In this document: positions 1-10,159 of the stretch, in pieces
Numbering within the stretch: position 1 is the first letter of the stretch
Layout: each line of letters begins with the position of its first letter
Source: Candidatus Poribacteria bacterium
GTDB lineage: Bacteria > Poribacteria > WGA-4E > WGA-3G
Direction of reading: 5' to 3'
DNA: 64,000 nucleotides
NCBI GenBank assembly: GCA_965214095.1
Contig: OZ243938.1
Coordinates: forward strand, 384,001 to 448,000
Position numbers and translations under genes: made by a program
Notes under the pieces: model-generated
Databases searched by the model: none
What the model was told of the DNA's origin: nothing
The model's input: the letters and a program-made list of their open reading frames with translations, nothing else

Positions 1-1491
1 AAAGAGAGAATCAAGATTCCTTTTTCCAACTCGTTCTGCTTCTTGATATGCACACATAAGGTTTTCTTGGGCACGTTCCAACTCGTCTGCTTCAAGATAA
101 GCACAACCTTTCAAAAAGTATGTTTTCCAAAGTTCTTTCTTATTTCTGGATTTTTTCGCAATATCAAGGATTGTCTGGGTTTCTGTGATTCGCCTAGATT
201 TAAACATCGCAAGTGCCCATGTGTGGAGTATATATTCATCAATAGACTCCAAATTACCTCTATATTTCAACTTGTCTTCATGATATGATTCTATAATAGA
301 AATTGCTTGATCGTACTCCCCTTTACTGATAAAAACACGTGCGAGACGCTCAGCGATGTATGATTTATCTTGTTTCGATTTTTGAGGGGACCACTCACAT
401 TTCAAAGATGCTTGAAGGTAATGTTCCGCATATTGACGGGCTTCAAGTGCTGAGTCAGTGTCCTTTGAACCGTAGTCACTGAGTATCCAATATTTTGCGA
501 AAAAGATTTTGCCAATTCTATAGAGTTTATCAACCCCTTCATATACTCCACTAACAGCTGCTATTGTTTCGATACGTTGTTGATTTTGTTTAACATCTTG
601 CAAAAGTTTAGGAGAACAGTCTGTTTTACAACATTTCTTAATTGTCTGTATTGCATCTTCAATATTTTGCATATCATCTTGATTGATAGCAACTTGCTGG
701 TTAGTCAGAACATCGTCACACAAATTTAGAGCGTACACTGATTCATCCCAGTCGTTTACAATTTTATCATAAGAAGTTCGACTGAGTGTATAAAGTGATT
801 TTATGTAGTCTTTCCGGTATCTTTTCTTTGTAGATTCCTCATTTGGATTATGAGGGTCTAACTTTTCCCATTCGTTTATAGCTTTCCGTAAAGTTTGGAT
901 GCCTTTTTCTCGTATTTCATAGACCTTTTTTAATTTTTCTGCTGAGTGACCAAAATCTTCATAAGACTTGCTCCACAAAATTTGATCTGGAAGAACTTTC
1001 ACTAAAATCCGTCCTTTACGATACATATCAGTGACACGCGTTGGATCAAGTGTGAGTGCTTCTTCTACAGCAGTAATAAAGTTATCAATCTCTGCTCTTA
1101 TATTTCCATCTTTCCTGCTTGACTGACTAGTTAATTCATTTATGTTCTGATAGTATGTAAAGGCTAAATTAGATCGATAACCTGAGTTATTCGGTTTGAG
1201 TTTAATACACCGTTTTCTAATCTGTTCAGTGTGTTTTCTATACTCCGCTTGCTGCTCCAAAAATTTAGTCTTAGCCACCGAATCTCTAAATATATCACGC
1301 GGAATTGCACCGGTTTCTGATAATTTAGCACATGCTAATGCGACATCGTTCAAAACTTTATGATTATTCCAAATTAATTCATTTTGATGTAATTCCTCTA
1401 TTGGTTGAAATTGTTTATAAATCCCTTGCCAATCACCTACTGATTTCCGTTTGTTCAATCGTTCTATTAAGTCATGAATTGTATCTGCCAT
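1..1491 (-). CDS. TPR-like helical repeat protein, 3' end outside window (not in ORF track)
   Basis: ATG at 1491 after GAAAGGAAAAATAG. Frame MADTIHDLIERLNKRK...YRSNLAFTYYQ...EEALTLDPTRVTDMYRKGRIL; the same frame is open at position 1 (LMCAYQEAERVGKRNLDSLF). TPR-like A/Y/L/P patterns. Middle of ORF only spot-checked. Confidence 0.75.
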   Translation of the reverse strand, partial: MADTIHDLIERLNKRKSVGDWQGIYKQFQPIEELHQNELIWNNHKVLNDVALACAKLSETGAIPRDIFRDSVAKTKFLEQQAEYRKHTEQIRKRCIKLKPNNSGYRSNLAFTYYQNINELTSQSSRKDGNIRAEIDNFITAVEEALTLDPTRVTDMYRKGRILVKVLPDQILWSKSYEDFGHSAEKLKKVYEIREKGIQTLRKAINEWEKLDPHNPNEESTKKRYRKDYIKSLYTLSRTSYDKIVNDWDESVYALNLCDDVLTNQQVAINQDDMQNIEDAIQTIKKCCKTDCSPKLLQDVKQNQQRIETIAAVSGVYEGVDKLYRIGKIFFAKYWILSDYGSKDTDSALEARQYAEHYLQASLKCEWSPQKSKQDKSYIAERLARVFISKGEYDQAISIIESYHEDKLKYRGNLESIDEYILHTWALAMFKSRRITETQTILDIAKKSRNKKELWKTYFLKGCAYLEADELERAQENLMCAYQEAERVGKRNLDSLF

Positions 1492-1639
1492 CTATTTTTC
1501 CTTTCACAATAAAATCTGACAAGGCTAACATCAACATATATTTTACGAGTTGTCCGCAGCGCGTGTTGCCCGTTACCGGTTTCGCTATGCCCTACCTAAT
1601 CTACTTTAATATCAGAGTCATCATTTTCTGATCGCCCAT

Positions 1640-1986
1640 TTTTAAGACCAAGCACTTTCTCCGTTTTCCGGTGACTTCTGAGCCATTGGTGACGATAGAA
1701 CTATACCAAGCCCTTTCGCCCTCACAATCAGGGACAGCAACCAGGGGCACAGCTGAGGTTCCCCTCCCGCAAAAGTGATCTTCTCAAAACCGACATCAGA
1801 AATCTTATCAATAAGCGAGAGACATTCCTGCTTCGGCAAGTGACCTTTAGGGAGTTTCATATCTCGCTTGACATCTTCAAATATAGCAAAGCGGAATTTG
1901 CAGTGCATATTGCAGGGTGTCCACAGATGGAAATTAACAGAAGGGATGGGTGGGCAAACGCCGCGGTCAACGTTGGTGACTTTCAT
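1640..1986 (-). pseudogene. Prokaryotic viperin (radical SAM) remnant, frameshifted and truncated
   Basis: SVNFHLWTPCNMHCKFRF and EKITFAGGEP match the viperin N-terminus. Third Cys of CxxxCxxC is Arg. Conserved IVTNGS continues in another frame near 1700. C-terminal part absent. Confidence 0.85.
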
Positions 1987-2070
1987 ATTCTACTCCTTAC
2001 TTTATTTTACGCAATTGACCACTGGCTCATACCTCGCCAATTGTCCTAAAACGCAAATTAACTGTCGTGT

Positions 2071-2219
2071 TTTTCTTTGAACCTTGCAATCGCTCCCCGT
2101 TCTGCCATCTCCGCCCGTGCATAATGCGCGGGCATCTGTGAGTTTTTCCAACGACCTGCTACCTGTAAATCTATAACCGAAGCACCCGCTTTGGCAAGAG
2201 ACACCGCAGAACCGACACG
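2071..2219 (-). pseudogene. Orphan 3' fragment of a tyrosine recombinase, paralogous to 2731-2878
   Basis: Translates RVGSAVSLAKAGASVIDLQVAGRWKNSQMPAHYARAEMAERGAIARFKEK; no start; begins a few bp after the stop codon of the TPR gene. Confidence 0.9.
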
Positions 2220-2225
2220 CTCAGA

Positions 2226-2717
2226 TTAGTCCACAACTTTAGGGCGTTTCCCTGGATAAGATGAAATATATGTGTCAAGCATTATTGTCTCTTGTGCTGA
2301 TAATTCTGGATCGTTTCTATCTAATTTTCTCGCCATACGTAAGTCAAATAAAGCAAGATCGTAGTGTTCGCGTTCCCATCTTGCTAATCCACGACCTAAA
2401 TATGCACTTGCAGAATCTGGTTTATAGTGAATAACGACATTATATGCAGCTACAGCTGAGATAGGGTTGCCTTCTAACATGTTTTTAGATGCTTGCAATC
2501 TGTAAAAATTATCACGGAACTCTTCATAAGCCGGCATTGGTGGTATGCTTTCGCTTCGTCTAAATTCATGCCCCCTTCGCCTAAATTCAATTGCAGCGTC
2601 ATATACTTTATCAAATTCAGACTTTTTGGGTTCTTCCGTATAATGCGACACTAAATATAGGACGACAAGACCCAAAAGTATCAGCGATAAAAACGATATT
2701 CTAATTTTTCGTTTCAT
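2226..2717 (-). CDS. Membrane-anchored TPR protein
   Basis: N-terminal hydrophobic segment; TPR motif AVAAYNVVIHYKPDSASAYLGRGLA...ALFDLRMARKLD; RBS AAGGAG. Confidence 0.75.
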   Translation of the reverse strand: MKRKIRISFLSLILLGLVVLYLVSHYTEEPKKSEFDKVYDAAIEFRRRGHEFRRSESIPPMPAYEEFRDNFYRLQASKNMLEGNPISAVAAYNVVIHYKPDSASAYLGRGLARWEREHYDLALFDLRMARKLDRNDPELSAQETIMLDTYISSYPGKRPKVVD

Positions 2718-3666
2718 TTACTCCTTACCTTTCTCTTTGAATCTGGCAATTGCACCGCGCTCAGCCATCTCAGCACGGGCATAATGAGTTGGCATCTGTG
2801 AGTTTTCCACCTGCCAGCGACTTGTAAATCTACAACGGTTGCACCGGCTTTCGCGAGGGAGACCGCAGAACCTACACGTAACGAATGACCCGATATAAAT
2901 CCATCGACACCGGCATCAGCTGTCCGTTGTTTGATGATCCGTCTGGCAGAGACATCCGCAAGCCTACCCGGTTGAATATGGCCACCACGACGAACTGGAC
3001 GGAACAATGCACCGCGAGTAATACCCGTTTTCTCTTGATACCGACTAATCACCTTACGTGTATCACTGGTAACATACAAAGCTACACCAGAACCGTCTTG
3101 ATCTGTCTTGGAACGCTGGACAACCAAAGTATTCTGTTTGAAATGTCCACAGTTGACAGCGACAACTTCAGAGACACGCAACAAGCAGTCAGACATCAGC
3201 CTAATCATCGCACTATCCCGAAGCCCCGCTATTGTGTTATCTGCTTCAGCAAATGCACACACGCGTTCAACGTCAGCCCACGTCAAGCCGTTAACTTGAC
3301 CCCGCCCCGACCCTTTGCATCTCCGCGGATTGTCCGTAATCGCTTTTGACTCATCGGGAACTGGACATCAACGGCTCGCACATTCACAAAATACCATTTC
3401 ACTGCTGCGACACACATACTGAGCGTGGCTGGGGCAACGCCTTGTGTGTCTAATGTGGAAAGGTAAGCTGCTAATTGTACATCTGTCAGGTCTCTCAGTG
3501 TCACGTCTTTAGAGGATAACCAATCTGAAATAGAACGCCACGCCTGCTGATAAGCACGTCTGGAGTTGGGCGATAGGGCATCCCACGCAATACCAATACG
3601 CAGTTTATCCTCATCCGTAAGTTGTAAGTCTGTTCTGGGTTCAATCGGTGCTAATAGTCGCATCAT
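2718..3666 (-). pseudogene. Cre-like tyrosine recombinase with two 1-nt frameshifts
   Basis: N-terminal domain (LSPNSRRAY...) joins the catalytic domain (RD..LLRVSE, RSKTDQ, GHSLRVG) across a frameshift near 3305. A second frameshift in an A-run near 2805 hides NSQMPTHYAR (catalytic Tyr). Corrected stop at 2718-2720 abuts the next ATG. Confidence 0.88.
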
Positions 3667-3686
3667 TGGTTACCTCTTTGTCCGTC

Positions 3687-5174
3687 CTATAATTTAATAG
3701 ACAATCCAAGTAACAATCCTATAATCACACAACCCATTAATAACCCCCAACGTATTACTTTTGATATTTTTTCAGAAAGTTGTTGGTTAGATCCTATAAT
3801 CACACAACCCATTAATAACCCCCAACGTATTACTTTTGATATTTTTTCAGAAAGTTGTTGGTTAGATTCTCTTAGGTCAGAATTCACATCATTTATTGCG
3901 GTTTTCATGTCATCTATCAGGGACGGTTGATCTTCATAAGTTTCAGATTCATATTCAATTAGTTTTTGCGAGATTATTTTTATCTGTTGTTGAAGATACT
4001 CAAGACGTTTATCAGCTCGTAATAAAGGATCCTCAACTTCGTCAAAAGAGATGTCACCTTCAAAATCAGGGAACCATTCGGGATGCTCCTTTGTAAGCCG
4101 ATTAACTTGTGCATCGAAATATTCGGGATTAATCATTAGTGCGTTTGGGTCTTCGTAATCCCAACAACATTTTCTCAATTCCTCTCTAATATCTTCATTC
4201 CTATAGAGGTTTGTATTGTATATGGCAACACTAAGGAATTTGTCATTGTCTTTTTCAAACATTTTTCTTACTTCCTCTGGTTTGCGTGCACGGAACCTAC
4301 TATAATATGATAGTCTTAAAGCAAGATCATCGTTATCTTTTAATGATTCAAATTCCGTTCCAATACCTTCTCCGAATCGCTCTTTTACTGCCCATGCTCC
4401 GCATCCAATCAGTTTTGCGAGGACATAACGGCACTTCACATACGAATTCAGCAAACCATCTATTTCTCCTTCGGTTTCTGCTTCCCATCTTTTTGCTGTT
4501 GCAAACACATCCATGTCATGAGGTTTGTCTGGCACTAGATTTTCTCCGAGATGAGAAAGGACTGCTGCAGAGTCTTTATTCACCGGCATCGTTTCAAACA
4601 GTTTCCAACCAGCTGTGAATACCTCCGTATATGAGTGCCATACAGATCCATCCCAAGGTAGTTCATCAAGTGGGGTGCTAATGCGAGGATTAGATGCAGT
4701 AAACGCTATTGCCGTAAGCCATTGTTCATCAGTCAGACTGTTAAAATGTTTTTCTCTTTTATATAGAGACACAAGCAAATCATCGGGGATAGACTCATTT
4801 GACAATAAAGACTCCAATAATTCCTCATCAAAAGAATTTAGTATCTCACCTAACACTTCAGGACTTTCAACCCAAGAAACCAAAAACTTTTTAGGAATGC
4901 TGCTGGACAATGCAGCCTTTTTTATTGTCTTGTCGTCATTCCTAAAAAGACTCAGTGAAGTCTCTTTTGACAACCCTTCTGCATATAATGCTAATCCCAA
5001 GTTTATTAAAGGTTCATCACGTTCAATCAAAACTGTTTGAATCTCTTTTTTATAAGAAAGGTAAGGCTTATACTCCCTTAGCCATTCAAAAACCGAGTTT
5101 GCGTTGGCATGAGTGAGCCAGTATTTCTGAAATTCCTCATTTTTTAATACTTGATCAGTTGAAGTGTTTATCAT
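3687..5174 (-). CDS. Hypothetical helical protein with C-terminal coiled coil and duplicated TM segment
   Basis: 495-aa ORF; SNQQLSEKISKVIRWGLLMGCVIIG occurs twice at the C-terminus. Confidence 0.7.
   Translation of the reverse strand: MINTSTDQVLKNEEFQKYWLTHANANSVFEWLREYKPYLSYKKEIQTVLIERDEPLINLGLALYAEGLSKETSLSLFRNDDKTIKKAALSSSIPKKFLVSWVESPEVLGEILNSFDEELLESLLSNESIPDDLLVSLYKREKHFNSLTDEQWLTAIAFTASNPRISTPLDELPWDGSVWHSYTEVFTAGWKLFETMPVNKDSAAVLSHLGENLVPDKPHDMDVFATAKRWEAETEGEIDGLLNSYVKCRYVLAKLIGCGAWAVKERFGEGIGTEFESLKDNDDLALRLSYYSRFRARKPEEVRKMFEKDNDKFLSVAIYNTNLYRNEDIREELRKCCWDYEDPNALMINPEYFDAQVNRLTKEHPEWFPDFEGDISFDEVEDPLLRADKRLEYLQQQIKIISQKLIEYESETYEDQPSLIDDMKTAINDVNSDLRESNQQLSEKISKVIRWGLLMGCVIIGSNQQLSEKISKVIRWGLLMGCVIIGLLLGLSIKL
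3716..3865. repeat. Perfect 75-bp tandem duplication, in frame
   Basis: 3716-3790 is identical to 3791-3865. Confidence 0.95.
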
Positions 5175-5352
5175 AAGTTTTATTCCGTTAGTTTACAGAT
5201 GCCTGCTTGTTTTCCGTATAGTTCGTTTTTATGGACGGTATACATCGGGAGTCTGAGTTGTCGCGGTTCCGTGTCATCCGTTCTAAGCCTTTTAAAGTGT
5301 TGAAGGTTCAGAAAAAGGGTTCTCAATAAGTAGTTTTGGGATTGCGTTTTTT

Positions 5353-6042
5353 TCATAATTCACTGAACAATTCGGGATTGCAGTGTTGGCAATCATACCG
5401 ATAACGTTGTTCAAGAATGTGATTGTTGTTGAAGTTGTGTTGAATAGGTTTAAGAAGAAGATTTCTAAAAGATGGCATATCTTTTTGGGAGTGTTCCCAA
5501 CTGTCAATCACATCTTGGCATTTCACTTCAATACACGGGAATGTCCATTTTGCAAAATCATCCCATTTTCTATCTTCTACTTTATGTGTATGCACAACTT
5601 CTATTGCATATTCCGGTATGCCACAACTCATAAATGCAACATCTACTCTATAGTTTCCTACCCTCACTTCAGTCTTTACGGCATCAATATCGCCAATATC
5701 TCCTACCAAAATATTACCATAAGCCCCATTTCCACATTTTTGACACTTTCTAAAAATCAAAACATCCGTTGGAGACAAAGGATCATGGTGTGGGTGTATC
5801 ATGTTTGTCGGATTTTCGCATGCATAAACAATCATTTCCTTTGCGATAATGTGCTGAACACTCTCCAGAGAACACTCTGTATCCTTTTTATGTGCAAAAT
5901 GAGGTCGTCTAATATCTCCTTTTCTTAAAACGACCTTATTATCACATTGTGGACAAGTGAATTTGTCGTGTTTGTTTGCTATCTGTGGACTGACAATATT
6001 CTTACTTTGAGTGAAAGCATAAGGTATTTTCAAGTTGTTCAT
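5353..6042 (-). CDS. CoiA-like protein (Zn ribbon plus PD-(D/E)xK-type domain)
   Basis: FTCPQCDNKVVLRKGDIRRPHFAH, ES..H..AK, RVDVA...AIEVVHTH. Confidence 0.75.
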   Translation of the reverse strand: MNNLKIPYAFTQSKNIVSPQIANKHDKFTCPQCDNKVVLRKGDIRRPHFAHKKDTECSLESVQHIIAKEMIVYACENPTNMIHPHHDPLSPTDVLIFRKCQKCGNGAYGNILVGDIGDIDAVKTEVRVGNYRVDVAFMSCGIPEYAIEVVHTHKVEDRKWDDFAKWTFPCIEVKCQDVIDSWEHSQKDMPSFRNLLLKPIQHNFNNNHILEQRYRYDCQHCNPELFSEL

Positions 6043-6175
6043 TTTTACTCCTTGTTAGATGTGAGGGTTTTCCGTCTCCCCGCAGGATGTCTCATAAGGA
6101 TTATCTATGAAACTTGTGTGCTGTTTTTTCTGCGGTTGACGCAGCCGCCACTTGCACATTGGGCGGAACATCCCA

Positions 6176-6556
6176 TTATTGCTTTTGAGATAGCCCTTCA
6201 ATACTGGCTGTTATCTTCCTAAGCTCTGCCCCAATAGTATTGAGATGTTCACGGATAGGATAGAGATGTCCTTTACAAGGTAAATTGTGCTGACCAGCGA
6301 TAATTTCATTACGCCACGTCTCACATTCCTGCTTGGTGCCTTTTGCAACTGTTATATCGGCTTGCTTTGTAACCCAACCACCTCGATTCCAGATATTCAG
6401 CTTCGCTCTAATTTCTGATTTATCTGTCGATCCCGTTATTTCAAAATGCGTAACTTGATCTAAGTTGAAAGTTGTGCCTTGAAACTCAACCCAATTCATC
6501 GTTTTATTCTCCTCTTTTGGAAAAGTGTCGTAAATTTGAATAGTGATTGATAACAT
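6176..6556 (-). CDS. Hypothetical protein (start probably at internal MNWVEF)
   Basis: ORF; GAGGAG upstream of internal ATG near 6499. Confidence 0.55.
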   Translation of the reverse strand: MLSITIQIYDTFPKEENKTMNWVEFQGTTFNLDQVTHFEITGSTDKSEIRAKLNIWNRGGWVTKQADITVAKGTKQECETWRNEIIAGQHNLPCKGHLYPIREHLNTIGAELRKITASIEGLSQKQ

Positions 6557-6598
6557 TATTTATTGAAAAAATATAACATCTGCATGATACCTCCATTG

Positions 6599-8701
6599 TT
6601 AGTGAGTTGTGCTATTTTTCTTTCTTGAAATTTGTTTTATAGTAGATTTTGAAATTACTTGAACACTCTGCATCGGCGAGGTTAGGAAACCTCGCCTACC
6701 GTGGGTCAAAAGTGTCAACTTATATTTATAATTCACTATAATATCCCAAATCAGTATTGTTCCACTCGGATCCATACTTGCGAGTGTCTGCCCATCCGGT
6801 GAAAAAAGCATAGAAGTAACCTGTCCATATCCTATAAAACTACCTTTTTGATTTCCTGTGTTAGTATCCCACAACCGTATAGTATTATCCGCACTGGCAC
6901 TGGCGATGGTGCTTCCAGTAGGTGAGTATGCGATACAAGAAACATATCTCTTGTGCCCCGTGAGAGTTCTCAAGTGTTCCCCTGTGTTCGTATCCCATAA
7001 CCATACTGTCTTATCCAGACTACCCGTAGCAATAGTGTTTCCATTGGGTGAATATACCATAGAAGTGACCGCCGCACCTATATGTCCAGTGAGTGTAACT
7101 TTGTTTTCACCAGTTATAACATCCCATGACCTGATAATACCTTCCTTGTCGCCACTCGTGATTGTTCTACCATCTGGCGAAAATGCCACGGTATTTACGA
7201 AACTATGCCCTTTCTGTATAACTTTGTAAATACCTGTCTGTGCGTGCCATAAATACACGGCACCTTTGTTTTTGTCGTATAAGTCTCCACCTGTAGCAAT
7301 CATATTTCCATCTGGGGAATATGCAATAGAAGAGATCTCGTAAATGTTATTTGGGAATAGAACATTTAGCAATGTTTGATTCCGTATATCCCGTATCACA
7401 ACCCCACCGTCAACAAAATCTGAGACTGCCATCGCAATCGTTTTTCCATCAGGAGAATAGGATACAGGAGCAAACATACCCCCATGTCTATATTTGTCAT
7501 TGTTGTTAACTATAAATATTTTTTCTTTGAATGTTTGTGCGTCCCACACTCTGAATTCAGACTGATGATTATTAGTTATAATGGTATTTCCATCAGGAGA
7601 ATAAGCAAAATTAGTCATGTGCGTGTGTTCTGTAAATACAGCTTCGTTTTTGTAAGTAATTGCATTCCATAACTTCACTGTGCCATCCCCCTTACTTCCA
7701 GTGACAATAATATTTGTATTAGGGGAATATTCAAGAGAAGTAATATTACCTAAGTGTGCTTTGAATACAGTTTCCTGTTTTCCTGTGCGTGCATCCCATA
7801 TATGTACTTCACCATTCCAGAGGCTTCCAGCAGCGATCTTTTCTTCATCAGGGGAATATGATATGGAAGTAAAAGAGTTTTTCTTTTGTGAAAATAGAGG
7901 TTTATCCGTTTTTAAGGTTCTTATACGTTCACCTGTTGCTGACTCCCATAATCGCACTGTTTCATCTGCACTCGCACTCGCGATTATGTTTCCATCCGGG
8001 GAATAGTCAATAGAACAAACGTTTTTTTTATGTCCTGTAAGTGTAGTTTTATGTTTTCCTGTTTGCACATCCCACAAACATATCGTACCATCTTGGCATC
8101 CAGCAACGATCATATTACCCTCAGGGGAATACACAATACAACGGATAAGGCTTGTATTTCCAGTAAGTGTAGTTCTGTATTGACCTGTTCGCGCATTCCA
8201 TAGCCGTAATGCACTATCTTGATACCATGCCCCCACTGCAATTGTATTACCCGCAGGAGAAAACGCCAAAGCTTCAACAAGTGGAATTTTGTGCCCCGTG
8301 AAGGTCGTTTTCTTTTCTCCTGTAGCAACATCCCACAAATGGACTACATCTCCTGCCCCCGTTACACTCCTCACACTTGCAATTGTGCTGCCATCGGGTG
8401 AATAGGTGAATTGATCAGATGATAAACAAAGGATACACTCTCTTAACAATTCTAACTTTTTGCCAGCTATGCCAGTTATCGGATTATAAAACCATAGACC
8501 GATTGAACTTGAAACTGCAAGCTGACTACCATCCGGTGAAAAACATACTTTTCTCAAATTTCCGTTGCCGAGCCGTGCTTTTGCACCTTGAGGTAAATTG
8601 GATTGCGTGTAATCTTGAGCAAAAGTTGAAAAGTGTTGAGGCTGAATATCTATAACACAGCCAAATATGGCAACTGTGAGTAACAACAAATACTTTAACA
8701 T
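6599..8701 (-). CDS. Secreted WD40-repeat protein
   Basis: Many GH...SPDG...LWD repeats; signal-like MLKYLLLLTVAIFG at ATG 8701. The ORF-track extension to 8917 lies inside the IS. Confidence 0.88.
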   Translation of the reverse strand: MLKYLLLLTVAIFGCVIDIQPQHFSTFAQDYTQSNLPQGAKARLGNGNLRKVCFSPDGSQLAVSSSIGLWFYNPITGIAGKKLELLRECILCLSSDQFTYSPDGSTIASVRSVTGAGDVVHLWDVATGEKKTTFTGHKIPLVEALAFSPAGNTIAVGAWYQDSALRLWNARTGQYRTTLTGNTSLIRCIVYSPEGNMIVAGCQDGTICLWDVQTGKHKTTLTGHKKNVCSIDYSPDGNIIASASADETVRLWESATGERIRTLKTDKPLFSQKKNSFTSISYSPDEEKIAAGSLWNGEVHIWDARTGKQETVFKAHLGNITSLEYSPNTNIIVTGSKGDGTVKLWNAITYKNEAVFTEHTHMTNFAYSPDGNTIITNNHQSEFRVWDAQTFKEKIFIVNNNDKYRHGGMFAPVSYSPDGKTIAMAVSDFVDGGVVIRDIRNQTLLNVLFPNNIYEISSIAYSPDGNMIATGGDLYDKNKGAVYLWHAQTGIYKVIQKGHSFVNTVAFSPDGRTITSGDKEGIIRSWDVITGENKVTLTGHIGAAVTSMVYSPNGNTIATGSLDKTVWLWDTNTGEHLRTLTGHKRYVSCIAYSPTGSTIASASADNTIRLWDTNTGNQKGSFIGYGQVTSMLFSPDGQTLASMDPSGTILIWDIIVNYKYKLTLLTHGRRGFLTSPMQSVQVISKSTIKQISRKKNSTTH
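6638..6740. mobile_element. REP-containing MITE (TATAGT...ACTATA shell) inserted in frame in the WD40 3' end
   Basis: Ends TATAGTAGATT / AATTCACTATA; core hairpin GGCGAGGTT-agga-AACCTCGCC-TACCG; related to 24086-24291 and 32523-32688. Confidence 0.8.
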
Positions 8702-8702
8702 C

Positions 8703-10159
8703 CAATACCTTCGCCAAAAACAGTTGAATAAATCGGGCAAATGTCCTAAAGTTATAAAAAAACAATCAATAACTTTGAAAGGACAATCGCCCATGCAAGT
8801 AATTATAGCACTTTTTACAGTTTTTAGAACACATTTATCCACAACGACACTACGCCAACTTTCGCAAGTTATATTCGCACTGCTTGCGATGACGGGACGG
8901 GTAACAATGCTAAACATCTCTCGTTGGACATTACAAGGTGGTAGCTACCGGACGGAACAACGCTTCTTTAACAAGGTGTTGCCTTGGACAACCCTCCTCT
9001 GGATGTTTTATTACACACATCTCTTTGATCCTGAAGGTGTCTATATCATCGCCGACGACGAAACGATCAAATCAAAATCCGGCAAGCATACCTATGGTTT
9101 ATCCCGTTTCTTTTCTTCAATACATGGCAAAACGATTCCAAGTTTGTCATTCTTAGCCTTGTCCATAGTGAGTGTCAAAAAACGGTGTTCTTATCCAATG
9201 GCTATAGAACAAATCGTCCGAGACGGGACACCATCGGTATCAACGACTTCAGCATCCAAACAACACGATACCCCACAGACACCCTTGAAACGCCCGCGTG
9301 GGCGGCCAAAACGAAGTCCGAACCGCAATAAAGCCGATGTCGTGATTACCGGCACTTTGAAGCAACTTCAAATGATGATCAAGCCCTTCCTGGCAAAGGT
9401 TAGAGATTTGATCCCACTCCGGTATTTAGTGCTTGATGGATATTTTGGACACAATAACGCACTACAAATGACACAACAATGTGGTCTCCATCTCATTTCA
9501 AAACTTCGCACGGATGCAGCATTGTATTGGGAACCGACAACACATCAGGGAGGCCCCGGCCGACCACCCATCTACGGAGATCGGTTCACGCCCGACAGAT
9601 CAACCCGAAATATCTTATCTCTACCGAAACAAAACAAAATATCAGAACCCATGTGTATCAAATGAAACTACGTAATAAAACGTTCCCAGAACTGCTCAAT
9701 GTTGTTTGCATCCTCAAGACAAATATAACCACGAAACGACAATCACACATCTTGTTATTTAGCTCTGATTTAGCGTTAGCAGCTGAGAAAATGATTGACT
9801 ATTATTCCCTTCGTTTTCAAATCGAGTTCAACTTCCGGGATGCCAAACAATATTGGGGTTTACAAGATGCTATGAATGTCAACAAAATACCCGTAAACAC
9901 TGCAGCAAATCTATCAATGTTTATGGTATCAGTCAGTGCGAAACTCACTCGGACGTTTCGTGGTGAGAATACACACTATGGTGTTATAGATCTGAAATCA
10001 CACTATAGAGGTCTGAAATATATAGACGAAACATTAAAAATACTTCCGCAAAAACCTGAACCAATTGTTATTGCGGAAATCACTGAACATCTGGGTTCAA
10101 TCGGTGCTATTCATTGGACGCAAACCGATCTAAGCCCAGGATAATTGGCGAAGGTATTG
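8703..10159 (+). mobile_element. IS element (IS4/IS701-like DDE)
   Basis: Perfect 15-bp TIR CAATACCTTCGCCAA (8703) / TTGGCGAAGGTATTG (10145-10159); no clear target duplication. Confidence 0.85.
8793..10144 (+). pseudogene. DDE transposase, frameshifted near 9588
   Basis: RBS GAAAGGA then MQVIIALF. Motifs IIADDET and VLDGYFG in one frame; YSLRFQIEFNFRDAKQYWG in a second frame. Confidence 0.85.

Noticed and set aside
8702-8917. N-terminal extension of the WD40 ORF
   Set aside because: Antisense to the transposase inside the IS; signal peptide starts at 8701
9570-9610. Programmed ribosomal frameshift in the transposase (also considered for the recombinase)
   Set aside because: No slippery heptamer at the shift. 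Lesions cluster in the island while core genes are intact, which favours decay; sequencing error is not excluded
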